The notes: generated from the sequence alone by a model not told the origin. Shown: positions 6,752 to 16,782, numbered from the stretch's first letter. The stretch: DNA of 32,000 nt from Nitrososphaerota archaeon (GCA_016871995.1 VHBL01000004.1:1-32000); one strand, 5' to 3'. A program made the numbers and translations.

Positions 6752-7007
6752 ATCTGCAAAGAATCTTCCTTCTTCTATGTGCCTTATCTAGAACCTCCAC
6801 CTACCCTAATCTGTTAGGCTACGATATATGGGTAGATCAATTAAGAAACTGTTAAGGCCAAAAATGAGTATAGCAAGAATTAGGATTATTCATATTATCT
6901 TGGAAAATCTCTCTACTCATTAAAGAGCCTCCGTGCAAATAAGTTAACAGAACACCTAAAGCAAAGGATTCAATAATGGGTTCTGCACATACTGATAGGG
7001 AGAGATA

Positions 7008-7235
7008 TTGGCAAAGGCCTTCGTCTTGATAAACGTTCAAACAGGTACAGAGGACAAGGTCATAAAGCAGCTCAAGGCTGCAAAGAATGTCAGCGAGGCA
7101 TACTTCGTTTACGGCGTCTACGACTTCATAGTCACCGTTATAGCGCCATCTACAGACGAACTCAAGGATAGCGTACTCGGCCTTAGGAAGATTTCAGAGA
7201 TAACCTCTACCCTTACCATGATGGTAATAGAATAG
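7008..7235 (+). CDS. Stand-alone Lrp/AsnC-type ligand-binding (RAM) domain protein
   Basis: 75 aa. AFVLINVQTG..V..L......V.EAYFVYGVYDFIVTV matches the beta-alpha-beta-beta-alpha-beta RAM pattern. TTG start. Confidence 0.6.
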   Translation: MAKAFVLINVQTGTEDKVIKQLKAAKNVSEAYFVYGVYDFIVTVIAPSTDELKDSVLGLRKISEITSTLTMMVIE

Positions 7236-7402
7236 TACGTTTCTATTTTACACATCTAGCCCATCTACAGCTCAATATGGGAGATAGTTCTCAACTCTTT
7301 GAGTCGAAGTATGTAATGTGGGAACTATCATAGTACAACTCAACTTAGTCCACCTTGTTCAGAACTATAGGTTCGAGCTTAGAGCATTAGCGATAAACGA
7401 TG

Positions 7403-8002
7403 CTACCGTGATGCCATGGCAATGCGTTCTTGTTCGTTCTTCTTTTTTATAGAATAACTGTTAGTATCGCTTCTTGCAGCGGCCATAATTTCGTCTGCAA
7501 GAATCTCTTCCACACTTCTTCTGGAAGCAAAACTAGCCTCTCTAACTCCTTCAGAGATGAACCTTAATGCAAGGTCAAGCCTCCTTTGAGGAGAAATATC
7601 AACAGAAACGTGGTAGACTACTCCTCCGTATGCAATTCTTGTTGTGTCTTCGTTAGGAGACGCGCTTTCTACAGCTCTGACAAGAACCTCTATGGGATTC
7701 TTCCCTGTTTCGAGCGCGATTATATCAAAGGCTGCCTTTACAATATTTGTGGCTCGCTGCTTCTTCCCCCCCATCCTTCCCGTGTTCTTGGCATGTTTCT
7801 TCCCGAAATGCATTATCGAATTTACAAGTCTTTCAACAATATTGACATGCGATTTTCCAAACTTTTTGTGCTCGTGCCTTCCCATAGACGTAGGAACGAT
7901 GACGGGATTAAGCGAAATTACCCTCTGGAGCCCTGGATCCTTTACTTCTACTTGGCCGTAATCCCATTTCCGAAATAGCATCAGATTAGGTCTATTTGGC
8001 AT
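7403..8002 (-). CDS. rps7: 30S ribosomal protein S7 (uS7)
   Basis: Typical uS7 sequence (..HFGKKHAKNTGRMGGKK.., ..IAYGGVVY..). I place the start at ATG 8002, which is preceded by GGAGG and avoids overlap with S12. The ORF-track start at 8035 lies inside S12. Confidence 0.9.
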   Translation of the reverse strand: MPNRPNLMLFRKWDYGQVEVKDPGLQRVISLNPVIVPTSMGRHEHKKFGKSHVNIVERLVNSIMHFGKKHAKNTGRMGGKKQRATNIVKAAFDIIALETGKNPIEVLVRAVESASPNEDTTRIAYGGVVYHVSVDISPQRRLDLALRFISEGVREASFASRRSVEEILADEIMAAARSDTNSYSIKKKNEQERIAMASR

Positions 8003-8006
8003 ATTC

Positions 8007-8444
8007 TTACCTCCTAGGCTTCTCCTTCCTTCCATAAACCAGTTCGTTTAGCGAAACGCCATTGACTTTAAAGACCTTCCATCGGACTCCTGGAATGTCT
8101 CCCATTGATAATCCCATGGAACCTCCAATACCTTCAACAGAAACTTCATCATGTTCGTCTACAAAATTCAGAGCTCCGTCTCCAGGCAGGAATGCAGTGA
8201 CCTGCTTACCATTCTTTACTAATTGAATTCTTACACACTTCCTTATGGCAGAGTTGGGCTGCTTGGATTCTATACCGACCTTCTCGAGCACTATCCCGCG
8301 TGCCTGTGGAGATCCTTCAAGCGGATCGGCTTTTGTATCCAGCATCAGCATCGTCCTCTTGTAATACTTGTCTGACCAGCGCGTCCGCTGCCTCTTCAGG
8401 CGCAACTGCCTTCCTGAAAATTCACCCTTCGGAGAGTTTGCCAA
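8007..8444 (-). CDS. rps12: 30S ribosomal protein S12 (uS12)
   Basis: 145 aa with [15 protein letters not shown] and [15 protein letters not shown]. The only possible start is TTG at 8444, because a stop lies 2 codons upstream. Confidence 0.95.
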   Translation of the reverse strand: MANSPKGEFSGRQLRLKRQRTRWSDKYYKRTMLMLDTKADPLEGSPQARGIVLEKVGIESKQPNSAIRKCVRIQLVKNGKQVTAFLPGDGALNFVDEHDEVSVEGIGGSMGLSMGDIPGVRWKVFKVNGVSLNELVYGRKEKPRR

Positions 8445-8491
8445 GTGTCAGCACCATTTTTACTGCTTCTATAAAAGCCTAAACAGATTAA

Positions 8492-8935
8492 TCATTGATC
8501 AACTATATGAACATTGGTTATTTCAAAATAGCGCTTTGCCAGTAATCTGGCTCGTTGGGCATTCCTTCCTCCTCTTCCCACAATGGCGCCTTTCTTTTTT
8601 CCATCAACAACTACTGTAGCTACCTTCTTTCCGTCCTGCTTGCCGGTAATCATAACTTCAGAGACTAGTTTTGGATCAAGAGAATTCATGATGAACTCCT
8701 TTGGGTCATCTGAGTGTTCTACAAGTTCAACCGACCTCCCTACATGTTTCTGCACGTTTTTTATCGACTGGCCTCCTTTCCCAATTGCTAAGCCCATTTC
8801 TCCTTTATTAACGACAAAGATTATTCTATCCATGGTCCCGTCGATGATACAATCTCTGGGAGTTGCTCCACTATTTCTCTGGAATATTTGTATAAGCTCT
8901 AGCTCCTGGGCTGTCAGTTTGATATTTTCAGGCAT
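8492..8935 (-). CDS. nusA: Archaeal NusA-like protein (two KH domains)
   Basis: 147 aa with GLAIGKGGQSIKNV and GAIVGRGGRNAQRARLLAKRYF KH/GxxG motifs. Conserved position between L30e and S12. Confidence 0.85.
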   Translation of the reverse strand: MPENIKLTAQELELIQIFQRNSGATPRDCIIDGTMDRIIFVVNKGEMGLAIGKGGQSIKNVQKHVGRSVELVEHSDDPKEFIMNSLDPKLVSEVMITGKQDGKKVATVVVDGKKKGAIVGRGGRNAQRARLLAKRYFEITNVHIVDQ

Positions 8936-9260
8936 CAGATCTACTTTTGATCGATTCTAGTATGGGTTTCAGATTGGCGTCACCGGAGCTCTTTATGGCC
9001 AGTGCTGATATACGGAATTGCTTCCCGAGTGCCTTACCCAGACCCATTGAAGTTTGCTCGAGCTGCAGAAATGGAACTGAAGCCGTATTACATGTCTTCT
9101 GCAGAGTTTCTCTTTCTAATTCATCGATTGTTGAGGAAGCTATGACTACCTTCGAGCCCTTTACAGATTTTGCAACTTCCCTGTAGCCTGCAACATACTT
9201 CCCAGTTTTCGCAACACTTGTCAGTGTTCGCGTCAGAGTCTTTTCGTCTACCATACTCAT
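8928..9260 (-). CDS. rpl30e: 50S ribosomal protein L30e
   Basis: 110 aa of the L7Ae/L30e fold (KTGKYVAGYREVAKSVKGSKVVIAS.., LGKALGKQFRISALAI). A 4-nt overlap with the rpoA stop gives the standard gene order. Confidence 0.85.
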   Translation of the reverse strand: MSMVDEKTLTRTLTSVAKTGKYVAGYREVAKSVKGSKVVIASSTIDELERETLQKTCNTASVPFLQLEQTSMGLGKALGKQFRISALAIKSSGDANLKPILESIKSRSDA

Positions 9261-12200
9261 CGCTTCATGTAGAGGTCGGTCATACCCGTACCCACCGGTA
9301 TAATCATTCCTACGATGACATTCTCGGTCACTCCCTTCAACTCTTCTACCTGTCCAGTTACTGATGCTTCTGCAAGAGTCGGCACTGTAATTTCAAACGC
9401 TGCTCTTGCGAGCACACTGGGCTTCTTCCCAGCAATACCATGTCTTCCTATCTGCTGCAAGAGTCCTTTAGATGCCATCAAGTCCGCAACAAGTAATATA
9501 TGCCTTATGTCAACTTCGAGCCCCTGTTCATCAAGAGTGCTTGTAATTTCGTTGATTAACGCTATACGTGCGGCTTCAATGCCTAATGTTGTCGCGACTT
9601 CGAAAATGCTGTTCGTGGTTGTTCTGCTAAAGTCTACTCCTGGTGTCCTCAGAACCTTTGCCAGATTTGAGCCAGAAGTCTGGATAATCCATTCTTCCTT
9701 TTCCTTAACTACGGTGACTCTTTCAATGCCAGGTATTCCCTTGACCTTCTGGTTCAGAGCTTTGTTTCTCAGAGAAAAAAGCGTTGGAATGTCACTCCCT
9801 TCAACTTGAATTGTTATTGTATTATTCTTCTTACTGTATTCGACCTCTTTCTTCCCAGACTGGACCGCCGTTGTGATACTTTCTGGTTCAACTCCTCTGT
9901 CTTTCATCTTGCCAGCGTCGAGATGAAGAATAATGCCGCTGTCAAAATCAACCTCGCTGTACGCTATTACGTCTTCGACTTTGGTAAAGAGTATTTCGCG
10001 GGCAATTGCGAGTGTCTTTTCATTTGATTTTTTGTGCTCCTCATCAAGGTATACATTCATTGCTGGAGTTGCAGGTATCTTCCTAGCATCCACGAGTTCT
10101 ATCAGTCTTGGAAGCCCTAACGTGACGTCCCTCTCCTTGACGCCTGCAAAGTGGAATGTTCTGAGAGTCATCTGTGTGCCAGGTTCCCCGATTGATTGCG
10201 CAGCAACTATTCCACTCGCCTCTCCAGGCTCTACCATTGCTTTCTTGAATAGCTCAACTGTCTTTTCGCAGATAGATTTCATCCCTTCTGCAGAAAGTGG
10301 TATCTTTTCGAATGTCCGTCTGAGATCTTGGATGATCCTCTGGTTAAGGCTCCCTTCATACTCTGCAACTGTCCTGTCGATTTGTGTTGCGGTAACCTTG
10401 CTGGCTGAATGGGCCAGCGCTTCAATCTCTGCTAGTCTTTCAACTTTGACAGCCTGTCCGTGATCGCTCTTCACTGGGTCTATACCGTCTTCGCCATAGA
10501 TGAACTGTATTATGCCTCCGCTCGGATCTCTAACAGTAAGGTCATATTCGACTCTTAAATGTTCAAGGGCATTGACAAGTCTCCTTTGCATATAACCGCT
10601 CTGCTGCGTCCTGACTGCTGTATCAACAAGCCCTTCCCTTCCTCCCATTGCGTGGAAGAAGAATTCTTCAGGACCCAGCCCCTGCCTGTAATTTGATCTT
10701 ACGAAACCTTTGGCATCTGGTGTAAGATCTCCTCGCTTATAGTGCGATAGAGCTCTTCCAGCATAACCCTTAGTAATACGCTTACCTCGAACTGACTGCT
10801 GACCCAGCGATGCTGTCATCTGACCTATATTCAGGCTCGAACCTCTTGCTCCAGTTCTTGCCATTATCACTCCTGCATTTGTAAGTGGGAATGCTCTGTC
10901 CGCAATTCTGCCTGCACGATCCCTTGCTTTGGATAGCTCATTGACTATATTGAACTCTAGAGCTTCTTCGGGAGAAAGACCTTTTGTCAGGGCCAAGGTT
11001 CCTTGATTGAATTGTTTAATTATACCTCTGACGTTTGTGTAGGCTTCGTCAAGGACGTTCTTGATCTCCTTCTGAGCTTCATCCTCTAGCACAAGCTCGT
11101 CGTATCCATAGGAAAAGCCCATCCTAGTCATGTAGGCTCGTAACATTGATAGTATTGAGTTAAGGAACCTGCGTGCATGTTCTGTACCGTAGTCTTTGGC
11201 GATTCTGTGCAGAATGCTGTCGGGCTCTTCAGCTCCAATTGCTGCTCTATCAACAACTCCGCTCACAAGCTCACCATTGCGTATTACGATGTCCTTACCT
11301 TCCCTCTGCTGCCTGAGTCCTCTGGCCCATTTTGAAATCATGATATAGTTGAAGTTTTTAGGCAGAAATAGCGAAAAGAGCTGTTTCCCCGTGTACATTG
11401 GCCTGGGTTTCTTTTCCGTTGGCACTGGGAGAGGCCCTGAATAACCTCCAGCGAGCGCAAGGTTTGTAAATTCCTCTGCTGTGAGTAATGTATCATCTTT
11501 TGTAAGCAGGAATGCTGCTGTTAGAAAATCTCTGATCGCTCCTATTATAGGCCCGCCATATCTCGGAGATAAAATCTGGTCTTTCACCTGCATCAGAGCC
11601 AGAGCTTCTGAGCGAGCTTCCTCTCCCTGCGGCACATGAAGATTCATTTCGTCGCCGTCGAAATCCGCATTGTATGGCGGGCATACCGCCGGATGTAACC
11701 TGAAGGTTCGATATGGCAATACTTTGACAAAGTGGGCCATCACCGACATCCTGTGCAAAGACGGCTGCCTGTTGAACAATACAATGTCCCCATCAAGTAG
11801 ATGTCTCTCGACTATTACGCCTGACGCTAGTGAATCTGCAACAGTCGATCTATCAGTTACATAATCGAGTCTGATTTTTACTCCGTCTGGCCTTATGACA
11901 TAGTTTGCGCCAGGGTGATTGAACGGACCGTTTGTGACAAGTTGTTTCAGGAATGTTAGATTCCAGTCAGAAACCTTTTCAGGAACTGTAAGCTTCCGTG
12001 CAATATCGACTGGCACTCCGACCTCAGATACATCAAGACTGGGATCTGGAGATATTACTGTTCTTGCTGAGAAATCAACTCTCTTGCCTGATAAACTACC
12101 TCTGAACCTTCCTTCCTTACCTTTTAACCTCTGGCTCAATGTCTTCAGAGGTCTTCCTGATCTGTGATGGGACTGTGGTATACCAGAAACTTCGTTGTCG

Positions 12201-13045
12201 AAAAATGTAGTCACATGATATTGCAAGAGATCAACAAGGTCTTGAACAATGAGCGGAGGCGTGCCAGATTCTTTAGCTTCCCTTACCCTTTGATTGACCC
12301 GCAGAATATCGACAATCTTGTGCGTAAGATCATCTTCTGACCTGATGCCTGATTCAAGAGTGATAGATGGTCGCACGCCTACTGGAGGAACAGGGAGAAC
12401 TTGCAAGACAAACCATTCTGGCCTTGCAGACATGTTGTTGAAGCCGAGTAGCCTGAACTCCTCGTCCTTTATGCGCTCTAGCCTTTCACGAATTGCAACT
12501 GGCAGAAGCCTTGTGGCTCCTCCTTCCTCAGTAATTTCATGGAATATAGTTGGCTTTGTGAACTCAATTTCATATTGGTTCTTGCCACAATGAGGGCAGA
12601 CCTTCTCTTTCCTTGCCTTCAGGAAGATCTCTTTGGCTACAGTTTCTACAAGGTACGGGGAATAAGCAGCGTTATTTTCGAGCTGCTCTTTGTATTGAGC
12701 GATAATCTCGTTTGGAAGTTTCAATCTTCCGCATGCTCTGCATGTTGTAACAAGCAACTTGTTAATGTCATCAACAAAGGCAATATGCAATACTGGCTCT
12801 GCAAGCTCTACATGTCCGAAATGACCTGGACAACTTGATGTTGTGTTTCCGCACGTACCACATTTCTGCCCCGGCTCAAGTGTACCCAGTCGATTGTCCA
12901 TCAAGCCTCCCTGCACTGACATTCCATCCTCATCATAGGTCTCTGGAGCAGTGATCTCTGCAACTGAATACTTGCGTATTTCGCTTGGAGAAATGACACC
13001 AAATTTTATTCCGCCAACTGCTTTTACAGTTTCTTCTAATGACAT
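9257..13045 (-). CDS. rpoA: DNA-directed RNA polymerase subunit A, unsplit (A' and A'' in one 1262-aa ORF)
   Basis: N-terminal Zn motifs, the active site NADFDGDEMNLH, then without interruption the A''-type region AAQSIGEPGTQMTLRTFHFAGV .. GLPRLIEL. One continuous frame. Confidence 0.95.
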   Translation of the reverse strand: MSLEETVKAVGGIKFGVISPSEIRKYSVAEITAPETYDEDGMSVQGGLMDNRLGTLEPGQKCGTCGNTTSSCPGHFGHVELAEPVLHIAFVDDINKLLVTTCRACGRLKLPNEIIAQYKEQLENNAAYSPYLVETVAKEIFLKARKEKVCPHCGKNQYEIEFTKPTIFHEITEEGGATRLLPVAIRERLERIKDEEFRLLGFNNMSARPEWFVLQVLPVPPVGVRPSITLESGIRSEDDLTHKIVDILRVNQRVREAKESGTPPLIVQDLVDLLQYHVTTFFDNEVSGIPQSHHRSGRPLKTLSQRLKGKEGRFRGSLSGKRVDFSARTVISPDPSLDVSEVGVPVDIARKLTVPEKVSDWNLTFLKQLVTNGPFNHPGANYVIRPDGVKIRLDYVTDRSTVADSLASGVIVERHLLDGDIVLFNRQPSLHRMSVMAHFVKVLPYRTFRLHPAVCPPYNADFDGDEMNLHVPQGEEARSEALALMQVKDQILSPRYGGPIIGAIRDFLTAAFLLTKDDTLLTAEEFTNLALAGGYSGPLPVPTEKKPRPMYTGKQLFSLFLPKNFNYIMISKWARGLRQQREGKDIVIRNGELVSGVVDRAAIGAEEPDSILHRIAKDYGTEHARRFLNSILSMLRAYMTRMGFSYGYDELVLEDEAQKEIKNVLDEAYTNVRGIIKQFNQGTLALTKGLSPEEALEFNIVNELSKARDRAGRIADRAFPLTNAGVIMARTGARGSSLNIGQMTASLGQQSVRGKRITKGYAGRALSHYKRGDLTPDAKGFVRSNYRQGLGPEEFFFHAMGGREGLVDTAVRTQQSGYMQRRLVNALEHLRVEYDLTVRDPSGGIIQFIYGEDGIDPVKSDHGQAVKVERLAEIEALAHSASKVTATQIDRTVAEYEGSLNQRIIQDLRRTFEKIPLSAEGMKSICEKTVELFKKAMVEPGEASGIVAAQSIGEPGTQMTLRTFHFAGVKERDVTLGLPRLIELVDARKIPATPAMNVYLDEEHKKSNEKTLAIAREILFTKVEDVIAYSEVDFDSGIILHLDAGKMKDRGVEPESITTAVQSGKKEVEYSKKNNTITIQVEGSDIPTLFSLRNKALNQKVKGIPGIERVTVVKEKEEWIIQTSGSNLAKVLRTPGVDFSRTTTNSIFEVATTLGIEAARIALINEITSTLDEQGLEVDIRHILLVADLMASKGLLQQIGRHGIAGKKPSVLARAAFEITVPTLAEASVTGQVEELKGVTENVIVGMIIPVGTGMTDLYMKR

Positions 13046-13058
13046 GCTAATTTCCCCG

Positions 13059-16000
13059 TTAAACCTTGTCTTTGACTAGGAGTCGTGGTGCAATGTTCAA
13101 GCTCATCATCTCCTGCAGAAGAAGTTTGAAGGCGTAGGCTATTACAACCGTGGAAATCTGCGACTGATCTCCATCCACCCTACAGACGTACTTCCTTTGC
13201 CTTACGTCGTGATATGCTATCAAGCCACATTTTTCGCATACATGTATCTTGGTCTTGTCAGCCTCATCTAACAATCTGTCTTTTAGAACCATTGCTGCAC
13301 CATAGGCGATAAGGCAATCGCGCTCCATTTCACCGAACCGGAGCCCCCCTCCCCTGGCCCTACCTTCTGTAGGCTGTTTTGTAAGCATCTGCACCTGTCC
13401 CCTTGCCCTTGCATGTATCTTGTCGGCGACCATATGATGCAATTTTTGATAATATACCACTCCAATGAATATCTCAGAGCTGTATCTTATACCTGTTCTG
13501 CCATCGTACATTACTTCCTTTCCTGTAGATTTGAACCCGTGCTTTTCCAGCATGACACTTACATCTTCTGGTTCATCTCCTGTGAAGGCGCTACCGTCTA
13601 CTGATTTGCCTACAAGTGCAGCTGCCTTCCCCGCAATGGATTCAATGAATTGTCCTACTGTCATCCTTGAAGGAAACGCATGTGGGTTGATGATAACATC
13701 TGGCACGACCCCGTCCTCAGTATATGGCATATCCTCTTGATTTACGACTAATCCAACTACTCCTTTCTGACCATGTCTAGAGGCAAACTTGTCACCAATT
13801 TCTGGAACCCTCATATCCCTAACTCTGACCTTGAACACTTGCCCTCCTTCCACATTCTGTGTCATGAAAATTGCATCAATAGTTCCAGTTTCTGAGGGTC
13901 TTACTGCTACTGAAGTATCCCTCCTTGCAGGGCCTTTGATCTCAAATTCTTTGTATTCCTCCATGAACCTCGGTGGGCTTGTTCTTCCTATGATTACGTC
14001 GCCTCCGCTGACGACGGATTCGTGCATTATCACGCCGTCACCTTCAAGAAGTCTGTAGTACTTCTCCCCTCTGTACCCTCTGATATTGGACTCTGCAGAA
14101 GGAATCTCAAAGTTATCCTTCATTCCTCCAAGGTACTGTTTCGCCTCCCCTTCGTATAGCCTGTAGAAGAAGGATCGGGCTAAGCCCCTGTCAATAGCAG
14201 ATTTGTTCATTATTATTGCGTCTTCGATGTTGTAGCCTTCGTATGAAAGCACAGCAACTATACAGTTCTGACCAGTGGGTCGAGCGTCAAGGTTGAGCAG
14301 GTGAGTTGATTTAGTTCTCACCAGCTGGGGCTGTGGATATACAAGTAAGTGTTGTCTTACAAGTGTGTTATAACCGTATGTAGGAGCGGGGAAACCAAGA
14401 GATTGCTTGGCCATTGCAGACTCGTAAGTATTTCTGGGGGACTGGTTGTGTTCTGGATAGGGAATCATAGACGCTGTTACACCGAATATAGCTGATGGGA
14501 AGACTTCCATGTGAGTGTGCAGTTTCGTGAGAGACTTTTGGTCTATGGCAACGTAGCAATTCTCCTCCTCATTAGCGTCAACAAGTTCCATGATACCCAT
14601 CTGAATCATGTCATCCCAGCTTATCTCGCTTCTATCTATCCTGTTTAGGGTTTCTTCAGTCAGAAGGAGTTTGCCCTCTTCAGCAATCAACAGAGGCCTA
14701 AGAACTCTCCCTGGTGCGACATCGACATATATTCTTCCAGGAGCATTTTCGTTCTGTGGAGATACAAAGCTTATGCTCACATGGGAGTGTATGACACCCT
14801 GCCTTCGCATGTTTCTGAACTGGTTTACAAGTTTCTCTGCGTCAAGGACATATCCGATGAATCGTCCATCAACGAAGACTCTACTTCCATCGCCTTTTAT
14901 AGCAGCATCAGCTTCTTTCGTAGTCTTAACGCCAAGCTCTGTCAGTCTGTCAATTACTTCAGATGCATTGCTACTAACTGAAATTAGCGCTGCAAGTGCA
15001 ATATTCTTAACAAGACCACAGTTAGAACCTTCTGGAGTTTCATTTGGACATATTCTCCCGAAGTGTGTGGCATGCAAGTCTCTTGCTTCGAAGTTAGGCT
15101 GGCTTCGGCTAAGAGGGCTCTGAATTCTTCGCAGGTGACTCAGTGTAGAGAGATAATTTGTTCTGTCAAGTAGCTGTGTAACACCTACCCTGCCTCTACC
15201 CCAGTTTCCAGTAGCAATTGCATTCCTCAGTTTATCTGTAATTATCCCTGGCCTTATCGCTGCACCAACTACGTTCATGCCTCTTCGTTGGCCTGTCCTT
15301 TCAAGCTGGTACTTCATGTCGCGTATCAAGCTCCTTACAGCAGTCCTTAATAGATCCGCAATCATCTGACCGGCGAATTTTATCATCTTGTTCCCATAGT
15401 GATCCTTATCATCAGGAAGTATCCATCCGAGTTTCAATTCAAGAAGCTTTGAAACTGCTTCTCCAAGGAACATGGCCTTATCGAATCTTTCCTTTGGAGT
15501 TCGCCCTAGGTGGGGCAACAGACCCCAATCCAACAGAGACTCTGCCTTGCGTAACCTGTATTCTTCGACCATCCCGTGCGCGACCCGGTTCCCTATGTAA
15601 ACTAGAGCTTCCTGATTGTTCTTGACTTCTACGGCCTTTTCGAAGGAAACTTCAAGCAAATCTTGAATTTCTGCTCTGCTTGAAATTGCGCTGGCAATGT
15701 CTTTGTCAGTTTCTATACCTAAAGCCTTCATTATAATAACGAGAGGCAGATCGGTCGGAGAACTTGGAAGTTTCAAATTTATAGCTCCGTCCTTTTTCAT
15801 TGAAATTTCAAGTTTGGCCCTATAGCCTACAATCGATGAATAAGTCTTTGATTTGTAAACCATGTTGCCACCTGTTTCTTCAATATCAACAAGTATTTTG
15901 TTAGGTGACAGATCTTCTAACCCAACAATGACTCTTTCTGATCCATTTACTATGAAATAGCCTCCGGGATCGTTCGGATCTTCACCGACATCTATAAGCT

Positions 16001-16415
16001 GCTGTTCAGTCATCGTTGAAAGCGAGCATAAATTAGATTTTACCATCACTGGAAGGTCTCCAACATGCTGATTCTGCTGTTCCCGAACAATACCATTTTC
16101 TTCCACGACCATCTCCAAGTGCACTGGAGCAACGTAAGAAAGGTTTCGCAATCTAGCCTCTAGGGGCAAAATGTTACTTATTGAACCATCAATTTCGACC
16201 ACTCTTGGGGTTCCTATCTTAACTTTTCCAAATCTAATCTTGTATGGACTGGTCAATGACTCGATATCAACACTACCAATTTCATCTATGATGAGTTGAA
16301 CCCCGCGCTCGACAAATTCGTTGTACGAATTAAGGTGCTGCCTAGCTATACCTTCCTTGTGCAGAATGTCTTCAATTATAGGCCATGTGTCCGACTTACC
16401 ATCAAGTTTCTGCAT
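13059..16415 (-). CDS. rpoB: DNA-directed RNA polymerase subunit B (unsplit)
   Basis: 1118 aa with GDKFASRHGQKGVVG, GGLRFGEMERDCLIAYGA and the C-terminal Zn ribbon CEKCG..C. Confidence 0.97.
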   Translation of the reverse strand: MQKLDGKSDTWPIIEDILHKEGIARQHLNSYNEFVERGVQLIIDEIGSVDIESLTSPYKIRFGKVKIGTPRVVEIDGSISNILPLEARLRNLSYVAPVHLEMVVEENGIVREQQNQHVGDLPVMVKSNLCSLSTMTEQQLIDVGEDPNDPGGYFIVNGSERVIVGLEDLSPNKILVDIEETGGNMVYKSKTYSSIVGYRAKLEISMKKDGAINLKLPSSPTDLPLVIIMKALGIETDKDIASAISSRAEIQDLLEVSFEKAVEVKNNQEALVYIGNRVAHGMVEEYRLRKAESLLDWGLLPHLGRTPKERFDKAMFLGEAVSKLLELKLGWILPDDKDHYGNKMIKFAGQMIADLLRTAVRSLIRDMKYQLERTGQRRGMNVVGAAIRPGIITDKLRNAIATGNWGRGRVGVTQLLDRTNYLSTLSHLRRIQSPLSRSQPNFEARDLHATHFGRICPNETPEGSNCGLVKNIALAALISVSSNASEVIDRLTELGVKTTKEADAAIKGDGSRVFVDGRFIGYVLDAEKLVNQFRNMRRQGVIHSHVSISFVSPQNENAPGRIYVDVAPGRVLRPLLIAEEGKLLLTEETLNRIDRSEISWDDMIQMGIMELVDANEEENCYVAIDQKSLTKLHTHMEVFPSAIFGVTASMIPYPEHNQSPRNTYESAMAKQSLGFPAPTYGYNTLVRQHLLVYPQPQLVRTKSTHLLNLDARPTGQNCIVAVLSYEGYNIEDAIIMNKSAIDRGLARSFFYRLYEGEAKQYLGGMKDNFEIPSAESNIRGYRGEKYYRLLEGDGVIMHESVVSGGDVIIGRTSPPRFMEEYKEFEIKGPARRDTSVAVRPSETGTIDAIFMTQNVEGGQVFKVRVRDMRVPEIGDKFASRHGQKGVVGLVVNQEDMPYTEDGVVPDVIINPHAFPSRMTVGQFIESIAGKAAALVGKSVDGSAFTGDEPEDVSVMLEKHGFKSTGKEVMYDGRTGIRYSSEIFIGVVYYQKLHHMVADKIHARARGQVQMLTKQPTEGRARGGGLRFGEMERDCLIAYGAAMVLKDRLLDEADKTKIHVCEKCGLIAYHDVRQRKYVCRVDGDQSQISTVVIAYAFKLLLQEMMSLNIAPRLLVKDKV

Positions 16416-16418
16416 CTT

Positions 16419-16673
16419 CTAACCTTCCACGACGAACCTATAGTATTGCATTTCTCCCGCAGTGGGGCTCTTTCGTGAAATTCTGATCAGATCTCCTGGC
16501 CTTCCTGCAATTTCCTTTACTGCAGGGTCTGAGACAAGAATATATGGGAACTGTTCAAGCTTCGCATTGTACTTTTTCAGAATCTCGCCTATGCTTTCCT
16601 CTGGGACTATTTCATGTGTTGGAACATAGATATGACTCGATACTCTTAGCTCTATTTTAGACTTCTCACTCAT
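16419..16673 (-). CDS. rpoH: RNA polymerase subunit H (Rpb5 homologue)
   Basis: 84 aa with HIYVPTHEIV, FPYILVSDPAVKEI and RISRKSPTAGEMQYYRFVV. Immediately upstream of rpoB. Confidence 0.9.
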   Translation of the reverse strand: MSEKSKIELRVSSHIYVPTHEIVPEESIGEILKKYNAKLEQFPYILVSDPAVKEIAGRPGDLIRISRKSPTAGEMQYYRFVVEG

Positions 16674-16782
16674 GTATAATACATTCTCCAGTATTCACAC
16701 TAACCTAGCACGTGCTTGCTCTTGCGAGGTCTAATACCGATTATTTAACAGTTCCTATACATGAAACTAGTTTTGACATGAA

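Noticed and set aside
6852-7040. 62-aa minus-strand ORF in the island/core junction
   Set aside because: It has no motifs and overlaps the start of the RAM-domain gene. It lies in an AT-rich spacer and is probably random.
8003-8035. Longer S7 start ([11 protein letters not shown]..) overlapping the S12 3' end
   Set aside because: The ATG at 8002 is preceded by GGAGG and gives the conserved uS7 N-terminus (MPNRPNLMLFRKWDY). The extension lies inside S12 and is unnecessary.
9315-16478. Many plus-strand ORFs of 60-176 aa inside the rpoA/rpoB region (for example 9315-9809, 9933-10463, 14608-15123)
   Set aside because: They are antisense shadows of two long, unambiguously conserved minus-strand genes. 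Their products are low-complexity Ser/Leu/Thr-rich sequences with no motifs.
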